From Octopus vulgaris (lineage: Eukaryota): 64,000 nucleotides of DNA. The notes under the pieces are model-generated. The model saw nothing but the letters and a program-made list of their open reading frames with translations. It was not told the origin of the DNA and did no database searches. Of this stretch, positions 25,150 to 37,995 are shown piece after piece. The stretch covers positions 68,944,001 to 69,008,000 of the forward strand of contig OX597817.1 of NCBI GenBank assembly GCA_951406725.2, read 5' to 3'. Both the position numbers and the translations under genes were made by a program. How positions within the stretch are numbered: position 1 is the stretch's first letter; each line of letters opens with the position of its first letter.

Positions 25150-27000
25150 ATGTGTGTGTGTACACTGACACTACATATATATATATATAATTATTACTCA
25201 TAAGCATGTATGACCTGGTGGCATGTACCATGCTTTTTTTAATGTGCTCCATACAAGTTGCAGGGGATATGATATTTTATTGAAACTGATTGTTTCTGTC
25301 ACAACTTGAGTTTCACATCAGTACCTTCCAGTTCTCACCTGAAGATTGCATTATATTTAATAGATTAATTTCTGCCATGGAAGCCAGTATCTAGTTCAGC
25401 ATCACCTTTGTTAATTAGTTTCAAGCAATGATTTGTAGAACTTTCGTTCAATATTGTATAGATTTACATAATTTATACATGTTGATTGACGTGAAAAAAT
25501 TATTTCGATTACTGACAATACGCACTAATTTAAAAATCTGTAATACCATCTTCTTCATTTCTTTGTTTATTTTTATAATCTAAGACAAAAGTACCAAAGC
25601 TCATAATTGGTGTTTCTCCCAGAACTTTACAGCTTGTATTGTATGGAATGGTATTTGGATTAATGGAATACTTCTTTTGCTGACTTCCTTACCTATGCAT
25701 TGTATTAACCAGGATCTTGTATGGATTGCTGGCATAATACATGCCTGGACTTGCTAACTCTCTCTCTTCGCTAAGCTGTGTGTGTGTGTGTGCGTGCATA
25801 TGTGTAAATTTATTCAACCTCAATATTTCACTTCTCTATTCTTAATTCATTAAAAATTTATTATATGTACAGAGGTCTTTATTTCTTATGTTAGTATGTG
25901 CAAAAAGCAAACACATACACACTCTCTCTCTTACTCAAAAACACACACACACACACATTCTTTTGTTGTTAGAATTAACAGCATAATCTTTGCTGACAGC
26001 TAGGAATTTTATTTAAACATATGATAGCATTGTTCACCAAAACCAAACCAATAAATCACTTACATTGGAACAAAAATATCAGCTGTAGAACAGATTCAGA
26101 AACTAATAGAATAGGAATAAAAGAACCACAAACAGCACCCTGAAATGTCTTTCACCTCTTTTAGTCATTCATAGCACCATGTTACTCATGGATCAAAATT
26201 TGTAGGCTTTGCTTATGTCTAAAACTCTAGGAAACTAAATGATTGTGGTGTAAAGTATATGTACATGCATAGCTGTGTGGTTAGGGAGTTTGTTTCACAA
26301 CTACATTGTGTTGGGTTCAAGCCTGTTGTGTTGCACATTACAAAAATGACTTTTACTAAAGCCTTGTGGTGACCAACAGTTTGAGCATGGAATCAGATAG
26401 ATGGAAATGTGTAGAAGTAAGTGCCGTTGTTTTCACTTTTTAAGACAGTAGAATGTGTTTTGAGGGAGATTTGGTTGTTATTTCTACCAGGTCAAGCAAC
26501 AGCATAGAGGGTCTCTCATTTGTTTCAATATATCTTTATTCTAATGTTATGTTATCACAGCAAATGACTCAGCAATTTAAAGCAAACAAAATAAGGTTTC
26601 TAATTTAAACAGATGACTAGAAATTTTGAGAGGGGTAAGTTAAATGAATTCATCAACCACATTGACTAGATTTCTACTATATTTAATCAATTTCAGAGAG
26701 ATGATAGACATAACTGATCTCAGCAAGATTTGAACCCCAAAAAGTAGAAGACTGTAATAAATAGCACAAAGCATTTTTTCCGACACTCTAACGATTTGGT
26801 CAATCCTCTGCCCTGAAGAGCAAACAGAATATCAGAGTGAAAAAGTATTATATAGAAACCCTAACCATTACTCATAAGAAGCATATACGACTAGGTGGCA
26901 TGTACCATGATTTTTCTAATTGTTTTATGTGCCTATGTAGTAAGAAGAAAACAATAACATCCCCTTGGCCTTCCTAACCCTTGATCCAGAAAAAACATGA

Positions 27001-27160
27001 AGGAGTGGCTGTGTGGTAAGTAGCTTGCTTACCAACCACATGGTTCCGGGTTCAATCCCACTGCGTGGCACCTTGGGCAAGTATCTTCTACTATAGCCTT
27101 GGACCGACCAAAGCCTTGTGAGTGGATTTGGTAGACAGAAACTGAAAGAAGCCCGTCGTA

Positions 27161-27235
<75 letters not shown>

Positions 27236-27425
27236 CTGTGTTTGTCCCTCCAACATTGCTTAACAACCGATGCTGGTGTGTTTATGTCCCGTTAACTTAG
27301 CAGTTTGGCAAAAGAGACCGATAGAATAAGTACTAGGCTTACAAAGTCCTGGGGTCGATTTGCTCGACTAAAGGCGGTGCTCCAGCATGGCTGCAGTCAA
27401 ATGACTGAAACAAGTAAAAGAGATA
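27001..27425 (+). mobile_element. SINE family B, full length, young
   Basis: A-box TGGCTGTGTGG, B-box GGTTCAATCCC, CORE-like CACCTTGGGCAAG, internal (TA)n(TG)n, tail GACTGAAACAAGTAAAAGAG. Confidence 0.92.
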
Positions 27426-28727
27426 GAAAATGTAAAGCTGGAAAAAGACTTAGCAGCACCAGTACAGGGGGTGGTATTCTTTTTCAGCAGAATAGACTAG
27501 AACAAAGTGAAATGAAGTACCTTGCTCAAGGTTACAATGCATTTCCAGATCAAGGAACTGAACCCATGATTTTATGATTGCAAGCTTAACATCTTAACTC
27601 TTAGCCCACATGCTTTCAGCCTTCACATCATAAAATAAATTCAGAATTTTACAATGTTTTCAATAGTAACAGAATCTTTTATATGAATTACTGTAAACAA
27701 TTTCAATATGCAGCTCTTGAGGTGATGCTTTCATCTGTGTTGACCAAAGTCTTGTGAATGGAATTTGGTAAGTGGAACTGTACAGAGACTTGTCAGAAGA
27801 TCCATTCTTGGTCTTAAACTTTGTATGTCACCCAGTTTAATCCCTCCACCTATTTCTTGAACACCTTTAGCAATTCATGCTGTTGCAGACATTTGAGATG
27901 GATTGGCCTCCAGTCTGAGGGTAACTACCTTCTTTCCATCCATGAATATCAGTGGCAACAAAAACAAAATATAAGAAATAGCAGCTAAATCCTCCTTAAA
28001 TTACACCCTACCATCTTAAAAAAAAGAGGATGCACTGGATGATTTGTTTCTAGAAACTCTTAAAAGGACAGAATAGTTTAAAGAGAAAAACACAAAGACG
28101 GATGTATTATATGCCATTTTGAATGATACAGCAACTTGAAAAACAAGACAGCGGGATGTATTTGATGATAGGTCTACTCGATCAGAGCCAGCCTGGGGTT
28201 AAACTAGAATAACAACTATAACAACATCAATAACAAAGACGCAAAGTAACGGGTAAGAAGAAATTATCTCATTCAATTTATGGAATGACAGGATTGGATG
28301 TCACTAGTACAATGCTGTTGGTTTGGCATGGCTGGCTGGCTGGCTGGATATAGAGGTTGTTAGAGCTATAATATTTTCTGATGCACATGTTTGCAGAAAT
28401 AAACATATACAGAGAGAGAGAGAGAGTGAGAGTGAGAGAGAGGGGAGGAATGTGGGAGGGCAGAGAATGAGAGAAACATTAAAACAAGTAGAACATTAAA
28501 ATATCTGATGTCAAATTAATCTGCATGAAATCAGCAATGCCAAAATGGCTGTGCCCACATGTTTCATATGTAGAAGTAAAGTGACAAAGTGAATCAAATA
28601 CTAAATTCCTTACATAGAGTTTATGAGTTCAAATACACTATTAGAATATCAATGTGTTTCTCAATAGACTGCTAGTTATTATTGTTTAGCCTTGAGTTGC
28701 TCTAAATGAACGAGACCTGCGACCAAA

Positions 28728-29255
28728 GACTATAACTACCAACTATGACTACCAGCTATAGGCGTAGGAGTGGCTGTGTGGTAAGTAGCTTGCTTACCAA
28801 CCACATGGTTCCAGGTTCAGTCCTACTGCATGGCACCTTGGGCAAGTGTCTTCTACTATAGCCTCGGGCTGACCAAAGCTTTGTGGGTGAATTTGGTAGA
28901 CAGAAACTGAAATATATATGTATATATATATATATAGTGTGTGTGTGTGTGTGTCTGTCTGTTTGTCCTCCCAACATTGCTTGACAACCAACGCTGGTGT
29001 GTTTACGTTCCCGTAACTTAGCAGTTCTGCAAAAGTGAATGATAGAATAAGTACTAGGCTAAGTCCTGGGGTCAATGTGCTCAACTAAAGGCAGTGCTCC
29101 TGCATGGCCTCAGTCAAATGACTGAAACAAGTAAAAGGGTAAAAAGAGTAACTATGAGTACCAACTATGACTATCAACTATGGTTAGCAACTATGACTAG
29201 TAACTATGGCTACCAACAATGACTAGTAACAGTGACTACCAATTATGACTAACTG
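28728..29255. repeat. 13 bp minisatellite (AACTATGACTACC) split by a SINE B insertion at 28760-29150
   Basis: About 2.5 units before the SINE and about 8 degenerate units after it. Confidence 0.85.
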
Positions 29256-30244
29256 CATTTCATGGAAGTGGCAGATGGTGTATCTAAAACTGTATTACTG
29301 ATTGTGACTTATCTGTTTTTTATCTGCTTTAGAGGATAGTGTGTGATGTAAGGGAGGACACTTCACTGCTACTATTTCTAGTAAATTAAACAACTGCACA
29401 GAGCAGAGACGGGCAGCCGTTCTCAAGAAGTGGACCATATAAAACATGAGCCACTGTTCAACTAAAAAAAAAAACCTTCAAGGTAATTTTTCATTAGGCA
29501 TACCATTCAGAGGGTCCCACGAGCCACAGGTTGGCTATGACGGTTACAGGGGTTCTCTCACAGGCTTATCAGAATGCTATATTTTATCTCCATCACTTCA
29601 AGTTCTCCCAGATCTTTTAAAACAGGTATCGGAACCATTTGCTGAACATGATGGAGTAACGTCCTATCCTGATGGTAAGTCTTTATCAATCTTCATGCTA
29701 AATACCAGTTCTGTTGTAGTTGGTGAGGGTGGGGACACGTAGACTAAGGACGCAATGAAATAACAATCACAATAAAAAAACACAAAGACAAGCATTCAAT
29801 ATATCATGTAATTAAATTTCAGCAACATAATTGAATTTAACCATTATCTTGAAAACGATACAAGAACATTTGATTAATTGCTTCATTTAAATTTTGTATT
29901 TATTAAAAATAATGAAAAATAAAAATTATTAATCCTCTGCTGCATTTTAAACTTTGCTGTTATTGTTATGGTTTTGTGTTCCTTATGATTTTTACATACA
30001 GCTGTAATGAAAACATCTTAAATCATAGAAGAAAAATTACAAATCAAATTTTTCTCTTAATATTAGTAATTATAAAGATGATGAAGCAAGTAAAAAAAAA
30101 AAAAAAAGAAAAACAAAACAAAACAAAAAGTTAGTGGGGGAGCACATGGTAGGAGGTTGAGGTGAATGTTATGGTGCTTTGTTTCCATTTACAGATGTTA
30201 ACAACATTTCTCTTGTAGGAATTGGTTTAGAATAAGTCAGTCTG

Positions 30245-30915
30245 TTCATTCATCATTGTTTTTGTCATTGCTGTCAGGATCATCATCAACACCATCACCA
30301 TCATCATCATCAGTATTATCATTGTCACCACCATCATCGTTACCTGTTCCACTCAAACCATTCTCACCATTATTATTTGACTCTGTTGCCACTACTACCA
30401 TACCCACCACCACTACCATCATCATCAACATTGCCTCCACCACCACTACCACCACCACTAGTAACTCCCTCACCACTAATATTACCACCACCACAACCAC
30501 AACCACAACCACCATGACCATAGCTCTCATCACTGTTACCGCCACTAAAATCACTTTCGTCATTGTTATTACCATCACCACCACCGCCATCATCCCTATG
30601 AGTTACATCATCATCACCACCATCACCACTACTACCACCACCATCACCACTACCACCACCACCACCATCAATCACAACATTAACCATCATCATTAGCATC
30701 ATAGCTGCCACAACCATCACTATCACTGACCAAAATCTCATCATCTCTTTTGACACCACCACCACCACCACCACCACCACCACCACCACCACCACCAACA
30801 CCACCGTCATAACCATCGCGAACTTCATTGTACTTATTCCATTGCTCCGGCTCTCACCACCACCACCACCACCACCACCACTACCACCGCCATCATCTCC
30901 ACCATAACCACTATA
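30245..30915. repeat. Degenerate (CAT/CAC)n trinucleotide low-complexity block
   Basis: ACC/ATC/ACT triplet runs; these explain the poly-T/V/H/G ORFs in the track. Confidence 0.9.
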
Positions 30916-31280
30916 ATTATTCCCTTCCCAACATCAACATTATTATTATCGTTTCATCTAATATCTGCTTTTTCCTTGATTACATCAGATCGAATGGTTT
31001 GTATGTCTACCGGAGCATTTGTAAATTGCAGCAAAGATTATTATGGCTCAATGCATTCTTTAATGCCATGCAGAGTACATTACACGTGCACACACATAGA
31101 TACAGACACTAAAATACACATGCACACACACACACACACACACCCATTATATATAGACATGTATAGAGACATACATACAAAAATGTTTGTATGTATGCAT
31201 ATGTACATCTCCATCTCTTTCTTTTTCTCTCTCCCTCAATATACATACATACATACATATATATATATATATATGCAGGT

Positions 31281-31311
<31 letters not shown>

Positions 31312-31348
31312 CACATTTATATATGTACATGTATGTATATATATGTAT

Positions 31349-31466
31349 ATATATACACATAACTGCATACATGCATACATCATCATCATCATCATCATCA
31401 TCTTTAACGGACGCTAAACGATGATGATGATGATGATGATGTTGTATGCATGTATGCAGTTATGAG

Positions 31467-31472
<6 letters not shown>
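31349..31472. repeat. Near-perfect fold-back palindrome
   Basis: ATATACACATAACTGCATACATGCATACAT(CAT)n - TTTAACGGACGCTAAAC - (GAT)nGTTGTATGCATGTATGCAGTTATGAGTATAT. Confidence 0.9.
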
Positions 31473-31508
<36 letters not shown>

Positions 31509-31597
31509 AGTGCATGTAGATATGTGGGTGCATGTGTAGAAACACTGTAGCTCACATTTAAATCCTGAGTATAATAAATGCTATATAATCATGTATG

Positions 31598-31653
<56 letters not shown>

Positions 31654-31674
31654 AGTGGTGTGAGTGTGTATGTG

Positions 31675-31747
<73 letters not shown>

Positions 31748-32344
31748 TACAAACATTTTGAGACAGATAGACAGAATTAAAGAGAAACTGAGTAAGTGGA
31801 AATGCACAAGATGCACAGGCGGAAGCAAGCCATTAAAAGACTTACTCAGATATCTATCTAGGGTGTCTGCTACAGCACAGATTCTTCAATGTAACGGTGT
31901 TATAATCATTATTTTTGTAGTCATTTTGAAATTTAGAATTTCTGCTGATTTAATAGTTCAGACGGTATTCTCAGAATTGCTCTGGGTGATATTTATTATC
32001 TCCATGTTCATTCTAATATTAACCAATGCACTTTTAGTGGCAGTCTGAACAGACTGTGCCGGTTAAGAAGGAGAGTGAAATTAAAATACTGAATAAATAT
32101 GTATATAGTGTCATATTCATGAGTATAGAGTGTTATATGCATGTGCATGTTGTGTAATATCCATGTATAGGCATTAGTAGGATACTGTAGATATGTAAGT
32201 ACCAAATCCAATTTAAACCAGGTTTACAGTTTAAATTATATGATGTTTGTGCATCTTATACATTTCCTCTTACTCAGCTTCGCTTTGCTTCTGTCTATTT
32301 GTCTCTGAATATTTGTGATGTGTTTATATGCAAACATGTATATA

Positions 32345-33172
32345 CGAGGTCTGATCAACAAGTATCTGGATTATTGCCATTGTAATGAAGCTAAAGATCT
32401 TGAACTCTGCTGTGTATGTACCCAAAGTTTTAACCTTCCAGCTCACTGTTGCTGTTTACTGCAATGCTTGGAAGGAAGGTGTGTAGCATGTGATTGTTGC
32501 ATTGACCATGACAGAGAAGGTTGTCATGGTGATATCTGCTCAGAGGCCTATGCAAAGTTGCAGAAAGGGTATGGAGAGGAGTGTATGAACTGCCACAAGT
32601 ATATGAGTGGTTCAGACGTTTCCAAGATGGCTGATAAAATGTCGATATTGATGAACGTTCTCAGAGACTCACAACCAGCAGAACTGAGAAAAATATCACA
32701 TCTGTGAGTGGAAATCATTGAATCACCATCTGTGAGTTATCAGAGTATGTGCAGATTAGTTATGTTTCAGTTCAATCCATTATCACTGAAGATTTGGGTA
32801 TGAGATGCGTGTCTGTCAAATTTGTTCCAAAATTGCTTTCAGCGTTTCGGTTGCACATGATCTCCTTGATTGTGTCAAGAAGAATGAAAACTTTTTGAAA
32901 ACTTTTTGAAAACTTAGCATAGGTCTCTGAGCAGGTATCACCAAGCTTTTGGCAAAATTTGATGCAGATTCTCTGCTCATCTTACTCTGTCATGGTCAAT
33001 GTGATGATCACATGCTACACATCTTCCTTCCAAGCACTGCTGAGCTAGAACATTAAAATTTAATGTGCATGCACAGAAGAATTCAAGGTCAATCTGTGTT
33101 AAGCAGCTTCACTCTGTATGTTTTAGCTTCGTTACTATAGCAACAGTCTGGATACTTATTGATCAGACCACG
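32345..33172 (+). mobile_element. Mariner-derived element with two 5' ends (long inverted arms)
   Basis: TA|CGAGGTCTGATCAACAAGTATC ... GATACTTATTGATCAGACCACG|TA. Left arm continues into the transposase HTH region (CSEAYAKLQKGYGEECM..YEWFRRFQDG...ITEDLGMRCVSVKFVPKLLS). Right arm is an inverted copy of the 5' end including EQRICIKFCQKLGDTCSETYAK. Confidence 0.88.
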
Positions 33173-35088
33173 TATATCATATAATCCAACTGAATCTTAT
33201 ATATATATTTATAGTGTCATATTCATATGTATATGGTGTTATATTACTGGTGCTTGTCAGAACAAAGGGATGAAAGGGAAAGTTGACCCAAGTATGATAC
33301 CTATTCTTTAGTTCAGTGGTCTGCCATTCTTGACTCTTAGGCATCCAGCTGTCTCAAGTGATACTGTAGTTTTGCAAGTTAAACACAACAGTAGAAACAC
33401 TTATCTATTCATGCAGTTGCTTTCATAGTAGCACTGAACTAACCTTTCCAGAGCTGGGTACATGAAAACCCTAGGATGTCCAGATGTCAAAATCTCCCTT
33501 TCAGCTCTACTGGTCTGGCCCAGAGCAGTGTATTTGGCAATGAGTTTGGCTTCTTGAGTCCACTGGCTAAAAAATAAACCTAAAGTAGAAACTCTAAGGT
33601 GGTCAGGTGTTTGACTTAGCAGACATCCAGCAACATCTGTAGGCAAACTGGTACCAAATGTACAGCTCTGGCCCAGACTAGCAAGGCTTGGAGAAGGATT
33701 TTCATATCTGGGCTTTCTAGGATTTCCATGTGCCTAACCTAAGTTTGTGTCCTGGAGAGGTCATTTCAATGCTACTGTTGGGCTCAAATCATGACTGGCC
33801 AGTGGTACAAAATACCATTTTCTCTTGAGACAGCTAAGAATGAAGAACAGATATCTGTTCTTTTAAAGTGGAGATCTATAAGCTTAGACAGCAGTCCGTA
33901 CTGGGTACTGTCTGTTGGTGTCAGCTGAGCAGGGTTGGCTATTTATGCCAAACATGAATAACTACCCTTAAGTGGTTACTACATAAATAGTCTACCACTT
34001 AATTAAGAGACAAAAGAAATGCAAAAGATAAACAAAGAAACAAAAAAACTGTAAAAGGAAAAAGTGACATTAAGTTCACTAATTCTGTTCAGAAATGGTT
34101 TTTCTGAAAACTAACTGAAAGTAATACATCAATAGTAACAAAGAATAAACAAAGAGCAAGTTTCTTTCTTTCTTTTTTTTTTTCTTTTTTTTTTCATCTA
34201 AGTACCAAGAATCTAACTTGCAGCTGAAATATATTTACATAAACAACAATTTTTAAGACATGCTGAAGTCTTGAAGCTAATGAGAATATGGTATTCTATT
34301 GAATAACAAAAATAAAAAAAGGTTAACTCGTTTACCCTCTCACTCTCTCCTTATACACACACACAAGCTAGTATACATTTAAACAAACATACGAGTACAT
34401 TACAAGATTTTCCTATCAAGAAGGTTACATAATATGGTTTTGTCAGAATATTAAATTCAAATTCAACATGACAAGACATGTTTATATTATGTGCTCTTTT
34501 TTTTTCTTTTCTTTTACTGCTTGAAATTCTTTATTCATGATCAAAAGTGAAAAGAAATGAACAAACAAACAAAAAAAAATGTACACAAACTAGAAAGCCA
34601 AGAAAGCAAATATTTAAAAATAAATATAGAAAAATAAAGAGGGGAAAAGTAAATATAATAAATAGAATCAGTAAAACAAAGAAAATTAATGAAATTTGCT
34701 AAATATGGCATCTTGTGTAAACAAACTTGTGCTTGAAAATTTCTTAGAGCAAAGGTGGAGAGTCAGAGTTACCTTCATGCCTTTCTCATAGGTTTTAATA
34801 ATGTAATTAAAATGCTGCTGAAGAATTCGAACTCCGTACTAAATTTCTTTATCATAGTTTAGTCAAAAGAGGAAAAGCAGCAGCTGTAACCCAATCAATG
34901 CTTCTGAGATTAAGGAAAGGGAACAAGTGAGTTGTTATGTAACTCCCTTGTCCTGCTATGCAGGAGGTCCGGTAAAGATGGGGTGGGGGTGACCAGCCCC
35001 TGATGAGCACATCTACTGGTTGGCAGATGGTAGGATGGCCACAAGTGTGTGAGCAGCAGCAAAATAGGCAGGTGGGACTCATAACAAG

Positions 35089-35161
<73 letters not shown>

Positions 35162-35166
<5 letters not shown>

Positions 35167-35700
35167 CCATGGCATATTCATGTCTTTGATTAATCATGGC
35201 TTGTTCTTCCTCCATTTATTTCTGTCTCTTGCAGCATCACCCAGGTCTTTCTTGCTCTGCATGTGCATTTGCTTCTTAATCCGGTCAAACATCTTCATTC
35301 TTTTCCACCAACTCAGTCTCCACCATATAAAACTCCATTCTGTTATCCTCTCTGAGAAAATGACCAACAAATACCCACTGTCTCTTGCTCTCTGATAGTA
35401 TCCATCAACTATCTTCACTTTCAGCTTCTTCAACACTTCCACATGTGTCACCCTCTGTACCCACGATATTCTAAGCATTTTTCTATAAAATCACATTTCT
35501 GCAGCTTTGAGTCTCTTCTCCATGACTTTGTGTATCATCCAAGACTTACATCCATATGTTAACACTGACCAGATGTAGCACTTCAATAGTCTTTTCTCGA
35601 CTTCCATCCCAATTTTCTTTGCACAAAAAATGCTCCTCATATCCATAAAAGTCTTCTTTGCTAATCCAATTCTCCAAGACCACTTGATGAATAAGCAGTC
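35162..35700 (-). mobile_element. RTE/BovB-like LINE 3' fragment with (GA)n tail
   Basis: RIGLAKKTF...EKRLLKCYIWSVLTYGCKSW...RLKAAEM*FYRKMLRISWVQRVTHVEVLK...ARDRNKWR; tail (AG)n at 35091-35163. Confidence 0.88.
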
Positions 35701-37484
35701 ATGGACCATCTAGCGACTGGTTCATCAGGGACGGTATAGTCTCAAAGAGTGGAACCTGTGTCCCTGCAAATGCCCCATGTACCCAATGACAAGACTGTCG
35801 GGTGAGCTGAAACCACCTCAAATGTACCCCTACCACCACAAAGAAGTGTGGGGTTGCACACAATAGGAAGTCCAAATTCGTTATTTCTCTCAATGCTGGA
35901 GTTGCGAGTGCATGTCATAATAAAAAGGCACTGTCCTCTAGGACTGGGAGTTAGAAAGAAGGTTAATCATCTATCCTCCGAAAAAAATCAAGTTCATTAT
36001 AGAAACTGCAACAAATCAAAACCTACTGAACTCGGGTGAAGCCTGTAATCATGAATAGGAGAGTGATTAGAAGCAGATTGATGCAAATAGGAAAAAGCCT
36101 GAGAGAAGCCCAGCAGCCAATGTGATAAAAGAACAGCAGCGTGCCCTAAAACCACATGGTGAAGGACTGTTGACAAGGAAAGAAGATGAGAAGGGTTGAG
36201 AATCTGGAATGAGACCAGAACAGTGGCAGGAAACAGAGCAGGTTAGAGATATCGTGTTGCAGCCTTATGAATTTCTTGACACAGAGTGAACTATTACCTA
36301 ACTGGAAAACTGTCTCAAATGGTTGCAACGGAGTGGGTTCTGCTAACAATGATGATATATCATCATTCAGCCAGAGGTGTTATTAGCAGCACCCACTCTG
36401 TTGCATCATTTTAAATTTGCTACCCACAAACCAGAATGATCCATCCAATTGGCTTTCATACTATTTCTGTTGAGTGAATTTCATATACAAGGTTGCTGTA
36501 GAAATGAACCTAATGGAAAGGAAACACTGAAAATGGAAGCTTGGATGAGCTCTAAGGAATTTGAACAACATTATTGCATGCAAACAGTAATAGTACCTGG
36601 CTGTTGATGCAGAATTATTGGTAGATGATTACTATTTTGTGTGTATATGTGTGTGTATAGAGGAAGAAAATGACAGATAGATAGAGAGAGAGAGAAAGAG
36701 AAAGATGTGAGTGAGATGAAAGGCTTTGTTGATCTTAGGAAGACATGAACTCTTAATGCATAGAATGAGAACAAATACACACAAAGGATTTCATCTGCTG
36801 CTCTAACGGCTTAGTCAATTCTTCACCATAAACAAAAGAAGAAAAGATTATATGGATATAAATGGAATGGTCTTTCGTCATAGGACTACCTACTCTATCA
36901 AAGCTGATGTGTGTGTGAGGAAGGAGACAAAACAACAACAAAACTATTTAACCATTAAAACTTTTAAAAATTGCTTGTTGCAGTATATGTCAAGACAAGA
37001 AGTTGTATATTATATCACAGACAGAATACTTAATCAGAAAACGACAGGCTCTCCTCATAGCGCATGAACATACTTCTAGCTCAGCTTGTTACTATATTGA
37101 TTTGAGCCATTGCAGGCTATCACAAGATTCCTTGAATTCTTGTGAATATAACTAAATATTAACCTTCTACTGACCTTATTTCTAGCAAATGTATATTATG
37201 TGTTTCAGTTAGTTAATTAATTAATTAATTGAAGTGAGGTTTGAAATTAATTAATTAATTTACTAATTAACTAATCAAGATTTCCATCTTTTTTTTAAAT
37301 CTATAGTTCAATTAATGAGATGATGCTTAAAACACGTCATAACAATAGCTTCTTACACGATGAAAATTTTGTGAATTAATCACATGAGTGATCTTGGTGC
37401 AGTTGGTTGAGAAAGGGTTATCAGTAATGTTAATATGGTTACATATAGAAGTACATTAGATGAACGCATCATCATCTTCTTTGT

Positions 37485-37712
37485 TTCATCTTTTACTTGT
37501 TTTACTCACTGGACTGTGGCCATGCTGTAGCACCACTCAGAAGGGTTTAGTCAAAGAAATTGATCCCAGTATTTTTTTTAAAGTCTAGTACTTATTTTGT
37601 CTCTTTTGCAGAACCACTACATCATGGGGACGTAAACATACAAACACTGCTTAAACAGAATCACACACACACAAACACATAGATATACATACACACATAC
37701 ACACATACACAT

Positions 37713-37750
<38 letters not shown>

Positions 37751-37765
37751 CATACACACATATAC

Positions 37766-37847
<82 letters not shown>

Positions 37848-37995
37848 TTAGATAAATAGGATTTCATATCATTTCCATCTAACAAAATCACCCACAACAC
37901 ATTGTTTGACTAGAGGATATAGAAGGAGGCCCTTGTCCAAGATACAGCATTGTAGGACTGAACCAAAAACCATGTGGTTGCAAAATGATCTTCAT
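37485..37995 (-). mobile_element. SINE family B, old copy with expanded internal microsatellite
   Basis: Tail CTTTTACTTGTTTTACTCACTGGACTGTGGCCATGC at left, head remnants at 37860-37995, ~190 bp of CA/TA/GA repeats between. Confidence 0.7.

Noticed and set aside
29150-29255. Regular short repeats suggesting a CRISPR-like array (also 55260-55415 and 58228-58545)
   Set aside because: Units are contiguous or separated by related or simple sequence rather than unique spacers; eukaryotic context with no cas genes.
30246-30828. Mucin-like poly-Thr or Gly/Asp-rich ORFs
   Set aside because: Trinucleotide low-complexity DNA open in several frames on both strands; no supported splice structure.
34995-35035. 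CTGATGAG followed by a hairpin
   Set aside because: No GAAA or stem III/cleavage triplet follows.
37205-37275. AT-only palindromes (also 10575-10650 and 16375-16408)
   Set aside because: Short or low-complexity (TTAA)n-type self-complementarity, expected by chance or slippage in this composition.
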